The notes beneath the pieces were generated by a model. The model was not told the origin of the DNA. It saw only the letters and a program-made list of their open reading frames with translations, and made no database searches. A stretch of DNA of 14,709 nucleotides. It comes from a virus. This document shows positions 1-7,254 of the stretch, in pieces; position 1 is the stretch's first letter; each line of letters starts with the position of its first letter. The stretch is taken from UHGV virus genome UHGV-0109417; one strand, given 5' to 3'. Made by a program: the position numbers and the translations under genes.

Positions 1-54
1 GTCATCGGGCATTATCTGAACATAAAACACTATCAATAAGTTGGAGTCATTACC
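1..54 (+). mobile_element. IS1 right terminus (partial; the element body lies upstream of the window)
   Basis: nt 1-54 GTCATCGGGCATTATCTGAACATAAAACACTATCAATAAGTTGGAGTCATTACC match the IS1 right end as I recall it. 1-39 read VIGHYLNIKHYQ* (InsB C-terminus). The terminal inverted repeat is 32-54 (complement GGTAATGACTCCAACTTATTGAT). Recognised from memory, not from a search. Confidence 0.85.
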
Positions 55-259
55 GTTTTTTGGCCCCTTCTATGGTGGCTATAATGTAATCAAACTGGAT
101 GATGAGTATAAGTATGCTCTTGTCAGTGGTCCGAACAGAGAATACCTATGGATTCTGGCAAGGACCCCAACTATTCCAGATAAAGTAAAAGCAGACTATG
201 TGCGAACCGCTCAAAAGTTGGGATTCAATGTCAATGAATTATTATGGGTTAAACAATAA
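55..259 (+). pseudogene. blc: blc-like outer-membrane lipocalin, 3' fragment interrupted by IS1
   Basis: The translation FFGPFYGGYNVIKLDDEYKYALVSGPNREYLWILARTPTIPDKVKADYVRTAQKLGFNVNELLWVKQ* aligns at roughly 60% with the C-terminus of E. coli Blc (FFGPFYGGYNVIALDREYRHALVCGPDRDYLWILSRTPTISDEVK...). Similarity begins exactly at the IS1 end. The tracked start at 41 is a TTG inside the IS1 inverted repeat. The region is AT-rich. Confidence 0.75.
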
Positions 260-284
260 AATCCCTACCCGAAATAATACTTAT

Positions 285-314
285 TAGAAAAAAACCAGCC
301 TTTGGGGAGGCTGG
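285..314 (-). terminator. intrinsic terminator oriented for minus-strand transcripts (candidate tR-prime downstream of Q)
   Basis: 7-bp stem CCAGCCT (295-301) / AGGCTGG (308-314) with a 6-nt loop. On the minus strand it is followed by TTTTTTTC (A-run 288-294 on plus). There is no U-run on the plus-strand side. Confidence 0.6.
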
Positions 315-414
315 CTAAATCAGGAAACAAGCTGTTATATGATAATAACTACGTTGCGATTCCAACATTTAAAATGTTAGACTAATGACAATCAGACAGC
401 AACTTTTCCTTTAA
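315..414 (-). promoter_or_regulatory. candidate late promoter (PR-prime) / Q-utilisation region
   Basis: Assigned by position, between the Q stop and the terminator. Possible minus-strand -35 TTGCTG (402-397), 17-nt spacer, -10 TAACAT (379-374). Palindrome AACATTT-A-AAATGTT at 364-378. No strong consensus promoter is present. Confidence 0.3.
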
Positions 415-792
415 TTATTTCGAACAATCAGCATCCATCTCCAATCGGAGAACCAACACCATCAGCATACCCTCCACTACGCCCTCAGCTTTCTGAAGCA
501 TCCTGCCAACCCAACAATCAGATCGCCCATGCTTACGTGCAAGCGCCATAAAAGTCATGCCGCCGACATAATAGTCCACCAATAAATCATGCAAATCGCT
601 GTTGTTCTTTTTCAGACGGGCCATGCACCCGCAAATGATCATCGCGTCATCGTCACAACATTGTGGGCGAGATTTTACTTTTGAAGGAATTAATCCCTTA
701 AAACCGGCGGCAATGGACGACCAGGTCACATCTTCATGATTATTAGCCGCCCACGCTCCCCAACGCTCAAGAACCATCTGAATATCACGCAT
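415..792 (-). CDS. quuD: late-gene antiterminator Q (DLP12 QuuD type)
   Basis: [34 protein letters not shown]...[32 protein letters not shown] is near-identical to E. coli QuuD as I recall it. ATG at 792 with GGAG 7 nt upstream is preferred over the TTG at 807. Confidence 0.9.
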   Translation of the reverse strand: MRDIQMVLERWGAWAANNHEDVTWSSIAAGFKGLIPSKVKSRPQCCDDDAMIICGCMARLKKNNSDLHDLLVDYYVGGMTFMALARKHGRSDCWVGRMLQKAEGVVEGMLMVLVLRLEMDADCSK

Positions 793-877
793 CAACTTAC
801 TCCACAAAACTCAGACCAGAACGCCAATTACAAGCAAAAATCAACAAAACAGTATTAGTTGATTGTTATCTCTGACT

Positions 878-1018
878 TCATACTCCTGCTCCTGTCAGTG
901 TTTTGGCGTAATTCTTCAGTATTCGGTAATCGGTCAAAACAGAACCGGGGAAACGATATAAGCGCAGACGCCCCCAGCGGTGGCGAAGAAGTTCTGCCAT
1001 ATTAAACTCAAACATCAT
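878..1018 (-). CDS. ylcG: small protein YlcG (46 aa; below the ORF-track cutoff)
   Basis: Hand translation gives [46 protein letters not shown]. The start overlaps the rusA stop (ATGA). Same position as ylcG in DLP12. Confidence 0.7.
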   Translation of the reverse strand: MMFEFNMAELLRHRWGRLRLYRFPGSVLTDYRILKNYAKTLTGAGV

Positions 1019-1377
1019 TCATTCCCCATTTCGGTGATGGTCAGTTCCAGCCTCCCACCTTTGGTAACAGGCATCTTCACAACGCGGTAATCAACGACCT
1101 GAGCATCATCCAGCCAGAAACCTGCTTTAGTGAGTGCGTCAAAAGCGGCTTTTTGCAGATTATCCAGGTCACGGCGACGGCGATCCGGCATGTGGCACTC
1201 AATGCGGATTTTCACAGGCATAGCCAGACCGATATCCAGCATTGCGTTTTTAATGATTCGGGCGACGTTATCGCGGTATGCCTGCCCCTCTGCGCTGATG
1301 TGCGTGCGTCCGCGATTATGGCGGTAATAGCGATTATTGCTCGGAGGCCAGGGTAATGTGATGCTGTAGGTATTCAC
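1015..1377 (-). CDS. rusA: Holliday junction resolvase RusA
   Basis: 120 aa, [26 protein letters not shown]...[12 protein letters not shown], essentially identical to E. coli RusA. The GTG start overlaps the ybcO stop. Confidence 0.95.
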   Translation of the reverse strand: MNTYSITLPWPPSNNRYYRHNRGRTHISAEGQAYRDNVARIIKNAMLDIGLAMPVKIRIECHMPDRRRRDLDNLQKAAFDALTKAGFWLDDAQVVDYRVVKMPVTKGGRLELTITEMGNE

Positions 1378-1664
1378 GCCTTAATAACCCCCTCTTTCAG
1401 CCAGATAACCTGTGTTCTCGCCATACCTTCCAGCGCGCATTCTTTTGCATATGCAGCATCGACAAAATGTGTGCGGCGGTCGATTTCGTCGTGGCAGGCA
1501 GAACATGCAATGGTGGCAATCAGGTCTGGCGGTTTGATACCGGTACCGCACAATCCAGCCAGCCGGATATGTGCCAGTACAGACGTCTCAGAATTGCCAT
1601 TACATACGCCAGGGATTCTTACCTGGCATTCCCGACCACGCGCTGCTTTTCTCAAATCAGCCAT
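1374..1664 (-). CDS. ybcO: YbcO-like protein (DUF1364, Cys-rich putative nuclease)
   Basis: [24 protein letters not shown]...[11 protein letters not shown]...[14 protein letters not shown] 1664 is preceded by AGGAGG. The longer tracked ORF start at 1703 lacks an RBS. Confidence 0.85.
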   Translation of the reverse strand: MADLRKAARGRECQVRIPGVCNGNSETSVLAHIRLAGLCGTGIKPPDLIATIACSACHDEIDRRTHFVDAAYAKECALEGMARTQVIWLKEGVIKA

Positions 1665-1827
1665 GATTCCTCCTTGCTGCCAGTCGCAACCATTTTTTAT
1701 CAACCAGGCTAGCGGTATATCCGAGCAGTGTTGGTATTTCGGATGGCTTCAGCTCAGGCTTACGCTTACGACGATTTGATACTCTGTAGATGTGTCCGTT
1801 CATGACACGAATAAGCGGTGTAGCCAT
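1657..1827 (-). CDS. ninE: NinE (56 aa; below the ORF-track cutoff)
   Basis: Hand translation gives [56 protein letters not shown]. The start shares 1 nt with the ybcN stop (TAATG) and the stop overlaps the ybcO start. Confidence 0.85.
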   Translation of the reverse strand: MATPLIRVMNGHIYRVSNRRKRKPELKPSEIPTLLGYTASLVDKKWLRLAARRNHG

Positions 1828-2282
1828 TACGCCTCCTGCTTGTCGCGGAGCAGCTGGAACTCGCAGCTCTGCGGAATAGTCAGGTGGCAGCCAATATTCA
1901 TCGCCCAGGCTTCAACCTTACACAGGAAGACATACATCTCTCCGGTATCAAGATTGGAGGTATGACGTAATGACTGAATGGTGGTGATTTCACCGGTTAC
2001 GACATCAACCAGTTCTTTGGTTTCATAACCGAGATAAGTGTGTTTGAGAGCATCTTTTACCCAAGCTGGAGTGGCGAACGTTTTACCCCTGCTGATGAGG
2101 TATTCACTGATTTCGCTGTACCACATGTGGCTGAGTGCATTCTGGGAAAGACTGCGTCTCTCGCGCCACGGTTTAAGCACCATGCGAAAGCATTTGCCGT
2201 CCTCCAGATAAGGCTGGATCTGCCGACCGATAGCGGTGAAGTTACCGCGATGCAATTTGATACCATCTTGTGGGAGGTTCAC
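1827..2282 (-). CDS. ybcN: NinB-family protein (YbcN)
   Basis: 151 aa. [20 protein letters not shown] matches the NinB motif (lambda RSLDQNRKLWACLGDVS). GTG start with GGAGGTGA upstream. Confidence 0.9.
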   Translation of the reverse strand: MNLPQDGIKLHRGNFTAIGRQIQPYLEDGKCFRMVLKPWRERRSLSQNALSHMWYSEISEYLISRGKTFATPAWVKDALKHTYLGYETKELVDVVTGEITTIQSLRHTSNLDTGEMYVFLCKVEAWAMNIGCHLTIPQSCEFQLLRDKQEA

Positions 2283-2380
2283 GCTTCACCTCCGCAGAGA
2301 TCAAACGCTGGATGCAAAATATCGCAGGTGCATTTCTGCATCTGTGAATGGAGAAGAGAGGTTGGATTGTATGTGCGCAT
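2279..2380 (-). CDS. ylcH: 33-aa ORF at the ylcH position
   Basis: [33 protein letters not shown]. The stop overlaps the ybcN GTG (GTGA). Assignment is positional only. Confidence 0.45.
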   Translation of the reverse strand: MRTYNPTSLLHSQMQKCTCDILHPAFDLCGGEA

Positions 2381-2488
2381 AAACGTCCCCGTTTAGCGCA
2401 GAAGTCACCGAAGTTGTTCAGGCTCCGATTACTTAATTATGGCAAGTTGATTATCGCAAATCAAAGGTTTTAATTGTGCTTTATTCTT

Positions 2489-2689
2489 TCAAGCGTTTCC
2501 TTCATACCAAAGCCTATAAAGTTTTTCTTCTTCGTTTGGGTTAATAGGCTCACCATGTTTTAATTTTTCAGTGTACAAAATTGTTGAACAAATCGCGGAA
2601 GTTAATCCAGTGATCGCCATCTGCCGCAGATCGGATTTTTGTGTCCCCCTCAACAGACGATCTCCCATCCATGTAATAATTGTATCCAT
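2489..2689 (-). CDS. hypothetical 66-aa protein (in the foreign cassette)
   Basis: ORF MDTIITWMGDRLLRG...YRLWYEGNA. Weak RBS, AT-rich, no motif recognised. Confidence 0.4.
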   Translation of the reverse strand: MDTIITWMGDRLLRGTQKSDLRQMAITGLTSAICSTILYTEKLKHGEPINPNEEEKLYRLWYEGNA

Positions 2690-3271
2690 GCTTCAGCCCT
2701 TCTTAGTAAATAGTGTGTAGGGCGACTGAAGGACCGAGTTTATGCTTTTTCGCATTGCTTTCAGTTAGTAGACCGGTATAGCACCGGAAACAATCCTACG
2801 GCAAATTGGTTGTCTGACCTCTCGGTTTTTCGTGCATTAACCGATACCCACTACAGTCTCGGCGAAAGCTGCACACCCCCAAGGTGTACTGGTAGCACTC
2901 GGCACAGCCTAGCGCGCCACTTTCTTCTCACTATCCAGTCTAATTTTATCCCCTAGTCAGACACTCAGATGTAGTGCTCAGCAGCGGCATGCGGGGGAAT
3001 ACAAAAACTCGGACAAAATTGGGCCCTCCTTTTTGAATCACTCGCGGGGATGTAGTTATTAATACATGGGAAAAGATCTGTTTTCAAATCCAACATTATA
3101 TGGTTTCAATACCACGGGGTGGCTATGTGTTTCTCATTATTATTTACAATCTACTGTAATCGCTCCGAACGCAAATGCGTCAATACTCGAATCAACTGAT
3201 CATCCTGCCACGACTGAAATCTCAAATAGGCCGTTTCTCAAGTAAGAGATTTTGAATGCATTATTGGCTAC

Positions 3272-3300
3272 TGAAATAAAAAACCCAGCGCAAACTGGGT
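3272..3300 (-). terminator. intrinsic terminator after the 164-aa gene
   Basis: Stem ACCCAG (3283-3288) / CTGGGT (3295-3300) with loop CGCAAA. On the minus strand it is followed by TTTTTTAT. Confidence 0.65.
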
Positions 3301-3318
3301 TCATATGAAATTTTTTTG

Positions 3319-3813
3319 TCATTTCCAATTGCAAGACTGTGAAATTTTTTCCACAACCTTATCAATCTCAGACAAGTCAAACTCAACTACTTGCATAGTT
3401 GATCCATAAGGTTCAAACCCAAAAATAGCTTTTTTATGCTTAGCCAAGGTCTTTATAAATTGTATTGGTTGTGGAGCAAATGCAGAATCACCGCCTTCCC
3501 CACCTCCCCAAACACTCTTGACCGGCTTTCCGCCATCTAACCGCACTGTAATTCTTGGGTTGTCCGAACCCATATAATCATTGAATGATAAATAGGCATC
3601 TGTTTTGTTATCACTACAACGCAACACCAGTGAAGTTGCACGATCAGTACCTGCTTTGTTATATGAATCTGGTGATAAATTAAGAGCCACAAAGTCAGTC
3701 TGGTCAGTCATTTTATTTATCTCAGACTTTGTTATCCACGGCCCTAACTTCTCTACACCAGCATTTGCTGTAAACGAGGCACTTATAACAAAGGCTAAAA
3801 TAAATTTTCTCAT
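3319..3813 (-). CDS. secreted/periplasmic hypothetical protein (moron)
   Basis: 164 aa. N-terminal signal peptide MRKFILAFVISASFTANA|GVEK. AAGGAG RBS. Low GC relative to its neighbours. Has its own terminator. Confidence 0.75.
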   Translation of the reverse strand: MRKFILAFVISASFTANAGVEKLGPWITKSEINKMTDQTDFVALNLSPDSYNKAGTDRATSLVLRCSDNKTDAYLSFNDYMGSDNPRITVRLDGGKPVKSVWGGGEGGDSAFAPQPIQFIKTLAKHKKAIFGFEPYGSTMQVVEFDLSEIDKVVEKISQSCNWK

Positions 3814-3959
3814 AACCCTATCTCCTTGGATTCAAAGAACTAAATATTATCAAGTCTCTTGCCACTAGAAAACCCACTTTATTTCCAAACTCTGATGGCA
3901 TTCCTGAAAATCCGCTTCATACTCACTTGCCCCGCCCTATCATCCTGAGTAGCTAACCG

Positions 3960-4133
3960 TTAAACAAACGTTCGCCAGACCTTACCATCAATGACCAGGA
4001 TTCCTGCCCGCGTCATTTTTGCCGCAGCCTTATTTATGCTGGTTAATGTCACACCTGTTGTCGCAGCAACGTCCGGCGCACAGAAGCTCTTGTGCGTCTC
4101 CAGATAATGAATAATTGCCTCTTTGCCCGTCAT
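3960..4133 (-). pseudogene. ren: ren, truncated (57 aa versus 96 aa in lambda)
   Basis: MTGKEAIIHYLETHKSFCAPDVAATTGVTLTSINKAAAKMTRAGILVIDGKVWRTFV* follows lambda Ren up to ..GKVWRT, then diverges and stops. The start overlaps the P stop (ATGA), as in lambda. Confidence 0.75.
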
Positions 4134-4831
4134 ACAGTTGCTCCTTTCAGTCCGAACTTCGCTTTGATTTCTGCGATCTTCGCCAGAGCCTGAGCCCGGT
4201 TAAGTGGTCTACCGCCCATGACAGGAAGTTGTTTTACTGGTTCAGGTATAGCCTCACCACGGTTAATTCGTGCGGTCATACAGGACAGTTCATCGGCAGC
4301 CTTGCGCCGTAATTCCGCGTCAGTCAACGCATTGGCCCGCATGTTCTGATACAGGTTGGTAACCAGCCAGTAGTGCGCGTTTGATTTCCACGGATAAGAC
4401 TCTGCATCCGGATACAGCCCGCGCTTCCGGCAATACTCGTAAACCATATCAACCAGCTCGCTGGCGTTTGGCAGCCCGGCGGTAACGGATGCTTCTTCCC
4501 GGCACCAGGCGACAAACTGCCCGGGTGATGGCAGGAATGGTCGATTCTGCCGACGGGCTACGCGCATTCCAGCGTTAACCTGTTCCATTGTGGTGATCCC
4601 GTTTTCCCGAAAAGCCAGCACCCACTGGCGGCGGATTTCGTTCAGTTCATTCTGGTCACGGTTAGCCAGGCTCGCCGGGAAAGTTGCCAGTAACTGGCTG
4701 AACACACCGTTGATGATCTGCGCTACCTGCTGTACCTGCGGCTTTTCGTCGTACTGTTCCGGCATGTTGTTGGCGATCCGACGCATCTGCTCACGGTCAA
4801 AGTTAACCATCTGTGCGGCGATGTTTTTCAT
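4130..4831 (-). CDS. P: replication protein P (DnaB loader)
   Basis: 233 aa, MKNIAAQMVNFDREQMRRIANNMPEQYDEKPQVQQ..., near-identical to lambda P. Confidence 0.95.
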   Translation of the reverse strand: MKNIAAQMVNFDREQMRRIANNMPEQYDEKPQVQQVAQIINGVFSQLLATFPASLANRDQNELNEIRRQWVLAFRENGITTMEQVNAGMRVARRQNRPFLPSPGQFVAWCREEASVTAGLPNASELVDMVYEYCRKRGLYPDAESYPWKSNAHYWLVTNLYQNMRANALTDAELRRKAADELSCMTARINRGEAIPEPVKQLPVMGGRPLNRAQALAKIAEIKAKFGLKGATV

Positions 4832-5757
4832 AAATCCACCCCGTAAATCCAGTCAGTGTTTGTCAGGTCGAGTTTTGGTTTGCTGGCTATCATGCCTGCC
4901 TGTTGCTTGTTACGGTTGATTTCGAGTTGGGTCCACTTGTCGCGGAGTTTGGCCGGACTTAGCACGTTACCGGACCAGAAGTTGTCCTGGCATGCCCAGC
5001 GGAAAAGCACGCACATGTCGCGGTGGTTACGTCCGTCACGTTCACGCATCAGGCGGATATCGTTAGCCCACCCTGCAAAATTCGGTTTTCTGGCTGATGG
5101 TGCGATGGTCTTCACCATGTCAAACATCCACTCTGCGGCGGTCAGGTCTTCTGCTGTCCCCCACTTGCTGCCGCTCTGAATTGCAGCATCTGGTTTCACC
5201 ACAGGAAGATCGTTTTCTGGTTGGTCAGAGGATTCGCCAGAATTCTCGGACGAAAAAGGTTTTATATTGTCTTTTGTTAGTTTGTCTTTTGTGTTTACCT
5301 GATTCGGGTAAACGCCTTTACCTGATTTGGGTAAACTTTTCTTACCTGATTCAGGTAAATTTACCTCTTTCAGGTAAACTTTATTTTCGTTACCTGATTT
5401 GGGTAATTTCACCCATTCGCTGACCGCTTTGTTAATCCCCACAGTTCTCCCGATTTGGGTAAATACCCCGCGCTTAACTAACGCGCTTTTAGCAGCAGAG
5501 CATTTGTGTGGGAGGATGCCGGTCAGGGCAGATAACTGATCATTGCTTACCCAGTCTGCCTTTTTGTTGAAACCGTATGTTTTGCGCATTACTGCCATGA
5601 AGACCAGCAGCTGATGCTGAGACAATCCAGCCAGCATGACAGCCTCCAGAAGTTCATTGGCGATGCGCGTATAGCCATCATCAAGATCTGCCACGCGCGG
5701 CTCCTTAGGTGCCACGTCAGGCACAGGGAAATTGATTACTTCGGCAGTGTTTGCCAT
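4828..5757 (-). CDS. O: replication initiator O (divergent N-terminal iteron-binding half, lambda-identical C-terminal half)
   Basis: 309 aa. From SSENSGESSDQPENDL to ...TDWIYGVDL it matches lambda O. The N-terminal half retains only VADLDDGY / RKTYG-type motifs. Confidence 0.95.
   Translation of the reverse strand: MANTAEVINFPVPDVAPKEPRVADLDDGYTRIANELLEAVMLAGLSQHQLLVFMAVMRKTYGFNKKADWVSNDQLSALTGILPHKCSAAKSALVKRGVFTQIGRTVGINKAVSEWVKLPKSGNENKVYLKEVNLPESGKKSLPKSGKGVYPNQVNTKDKLTKDNIKPFSSENSGESSDQPENDLPVVKPDAAIQSGSKWGTAEDLTAAEWMFDMVKTIAPSARKPNFAGWANDIRLMRERDGRNHRDMCVLFRWACQDNFWSGNVLSPAKLRDKWTQLEINRNKQQAGMIASKPKLDLTNTDWIYGVDL
5255..5407. repeat. replication origin inside O: five 19-bp iterons plus an AT-rich tract
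   Basis: Iterons are at 5294-5312, 5317-5335, 5341-5359, 5360-5378 and 5389-5407 (TTTACCTGATTYGGGTAAA type, each an internal dyad). The AT-rich tract 5255-5293 lies on the side expected from lambda ori. Confidence 0.85.
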
Positions 5758-5839
5758 AATTGCTCCTGTGAATTGATCCAGTTAATTCCACCTGAAAGCC
5801 GTTGGTGTTCCAGCACCGCGGCTTTTGCCCTTTCTGCGT

Positions 5840-6061
5840 TCATGCTTCAAAATCTCCCTTCACTCCATCCCTGCTAGAAATCAGGATGGCGAGCAGCAGC
5901 GACATGTTCGGCACCAGGTTCTCCCGCCACCGGCTTACGGTTGATTTGTTCACGCCAGCTACTTCGGCGATCCTGGTTGTCCCAAGATCTGCGATTTGCC
6001 GCTGCACCCAGCTCTCAATTCGTCGTGCCTCCGCTTTGTTGCGTGTCGTTAAGGTCTCCAT
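5840..6061 (-). CDS. cII: CII-like transcriptional activator (short, possibly truncated)
   Basis: RNKAEARRIESWVQRQIADLGTTRIAEVAGVNKSTVSRWRENLVPNMSLLLAIL parallels lambda CII (KRNEALRIESALLNKIAMLGTEKTAEAVGVDKSQISRWKRDWIPKFSMLLAVL). 73 aa versus 97 aa. Confidence 0.8.
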   Translation of the reverse strand: METLTTRNKAEARRIESWVQRQIADLGTTRIAEVAGVNKSTVSRWRENLVPNMSLLLAILISSRDGVKGDFEA

Positions 6062-6101
6062 TTGCGATAATTCCTCTGATTTAATTGGTTATGGCCGCCG
6101 G

Positions 6102-6347
6102 TCAGGCGGCATGTGAATCTTGTTTAATTCGGTCAGGGTTAGCTGCTTGACGGAGCCATTCAGCCGTAAACTGCCCATTTGATGCGTCAGCCAAAAGCTG
6201 CGAATAGTTGGTTTTCTCTGTGTACTCAGTACGAGGCAGCGCCGCGTTCTTCACCCACTTGTGAATAGCAACGTTCGATAGGCCACACAGGCGAGCAGCA
6301 GCGGTTTGACCGCCTACAGCTTCGATTGCAAATTGCATTGGGTTCAT
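6102..6347 (-). CDS. cro: Cro-like HTH regulator (YdaS/DUF1019 type)
   Basis: 81 aa. AVGGQTAAARLCGLSNVAIHKWVK resembles Rac YdaS (VVGGQSAMARLLGVSPPSVNQWIK). It is the first gene downstream of the predicted PR. Confidence 0.75.
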   Translation of the reverse strand: MNPMQFAIEAVGGQTAAARLCGLSNVAIHKWVKNAALPRTEYTEKTNYSQLLADASNGQFTAEWLRQAANPDRIKQDSHAA

Positions 6348-6358
6348 AGTGTTTTCCG

Positions 6359-6439
6359 TTAACTATATTAACTACGAGTTAAGGTTATATCTTAACTGAC
6401 AGTTATGTCAACTCTAATTGATAATTAACGAATGGTTAA
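6359..6439. promoter_or_regulatory. OR region: dyad operators with divergent PR and a candidate PRM
   Basis: Operators: TTAACTACGAGTTAA 6368-6382 (perfect dyad), TTAACTGACAGTTAT 6392-6406 and TTAACGAATGGTTAA 6425-6439 (spans the cI ATG). PR on the minus strand: -35 TTGACA (6411-6406), 16-nt spacer, -10 TATAAC (6389-6384). Candidate PRM: -35 CTGACA 6396-6401, -10 GATAAT 6420-6425. That would start transcription at about the cI AUG (leaderless); this part is low confidence. Confidence 0.7.
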
Positions 6440-7208
6440 AAAAGACGATTTAAAAGAAGAATTCTCGAAAAGACTTCGCGCTGCATTGCTTGATGCTGGC
6501 GTTGGTGGTCGTGGGCAGGCTGGTAGGATCAGAGAGGCTATGAAGTCCCAAGGAATTACTGTATCTGAGCCCGGGATCTGGAAATGGCTTAACGCATCAG
6601 CGATACCAGACCAAACCAATATCCTTGCCCTTAGCCGCTGGCTTGGGGTACGGCCTGAGTGGCTTGAATACGGAAGGAATGATCCCGAACCTGAACTGCG
6701 TAGGGAGTCATCTATCCCTCCAGAATCTGAATGGGGAACTGTTGACGCCTGGGATAAAAACACACCGCTTCCTGCTGACGAGGTTGAAGTGCCGTTTCTT
6801 AAGGATATTGAATTTGCGTGTGGCGATGGACGCGTACACAGCGAAGATCACAATGGTTTTAAGCTCAGGTTCTCAAAGGCAACCCTCCGCCGCGTTGGAG
6901 CTAACACAGATGGGTCTGGCATCCTGTGTTTCCCTGCTACTGGCGACAGCATGGAACCTGTGATACCGGATGGTACGACTGTAGCCGTCGATACGAACAA
7001 CAAACGCATAGTTGATGGGAAACTGTATGCCATTGGTCAGACAGATGGCGGGAATGGTCAACTCAAGCGCATTAAACAGCTGTATCGTAAGCCAGGTGGG
7101 AAGCTGATCATCCGCAGCTACAACAATGAGGCCTACCCTGATGAAGAAGCTGACATTGATGATGTTGAGATAATCGGCCGCCTCTTCTGGTACTCGGTAT
7201 TGCTGTAG
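6432..7208 (+). CDS. cI: CI-type repressor (N-terminal HTH, C-terminal S24/LexA-like autocleavage domain)
   Basis: 258 aa. N-terminal HTH (FSKRLRAALLDAG...WLGVRPEWLEYG). C-terminal FPATGDSMEP...GKLYAIG...LKRIKQLY, typical of the S24 Ser-Lys fold. No SD upstream. Confidence 0.9.
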   Translation: MVKKDDLKEEFSKRLRAALLDAGVGGRGQAGRIREAMKSQGITVSEPGIWKWLNASAIPDQTNILALSRWLGVRPEWLEYGRNDPEPELRRESSIPPESEWGTVDAWDKNTPLPADEVEVPFLKDIEFACGDGRVHSEDHNGFKLRFSKATLRRVGANTDGSGILCFPATGDSMEPVIPDGTTVAVDTNNKRIVDGKLYAIGQTDGGNGQLKRIKQLYRKPGGKLIIRSYNNEAYPDEEADIDDVEIIGRLFWYSVLL

Positions 7209-7254
7209 CGGTGGCCTGATGAGACGTTTTGGTGAAAGCATATAAGGACTGGTG

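Noticed and set aside
41-259. 72-aa ORF taken as an intact small gene.
   Set aside because: Its TTG start lies inside the IS1 terminal repeat. It is the 3' remnant of an interrupted lipocalin gene.
3066-3245. 59-aa plus-strand ORF, and a nested 24-aa hydrophobic peptide (MCFSLLFTIYCNRSERKCVNTRIN, ATG 3125) considered as a possible type I toxin.
   Set aside because: The 59-aa ORF has no usable RBS and its sequence is not protein-like. The peptide matches no toxin family I know, and no obvious antisense RNA partner is defined.
5294-5407. Five regularly spaced 19-bp repeats considered as a possible CRISPR-like array.
   Set aside because: The spacing is 19-29 bp with essentially no spacers. Each repeat is an internal dyad. 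They lie inside the O gene next to an AT-rich tract, which makes them lambda-type ori iterons.
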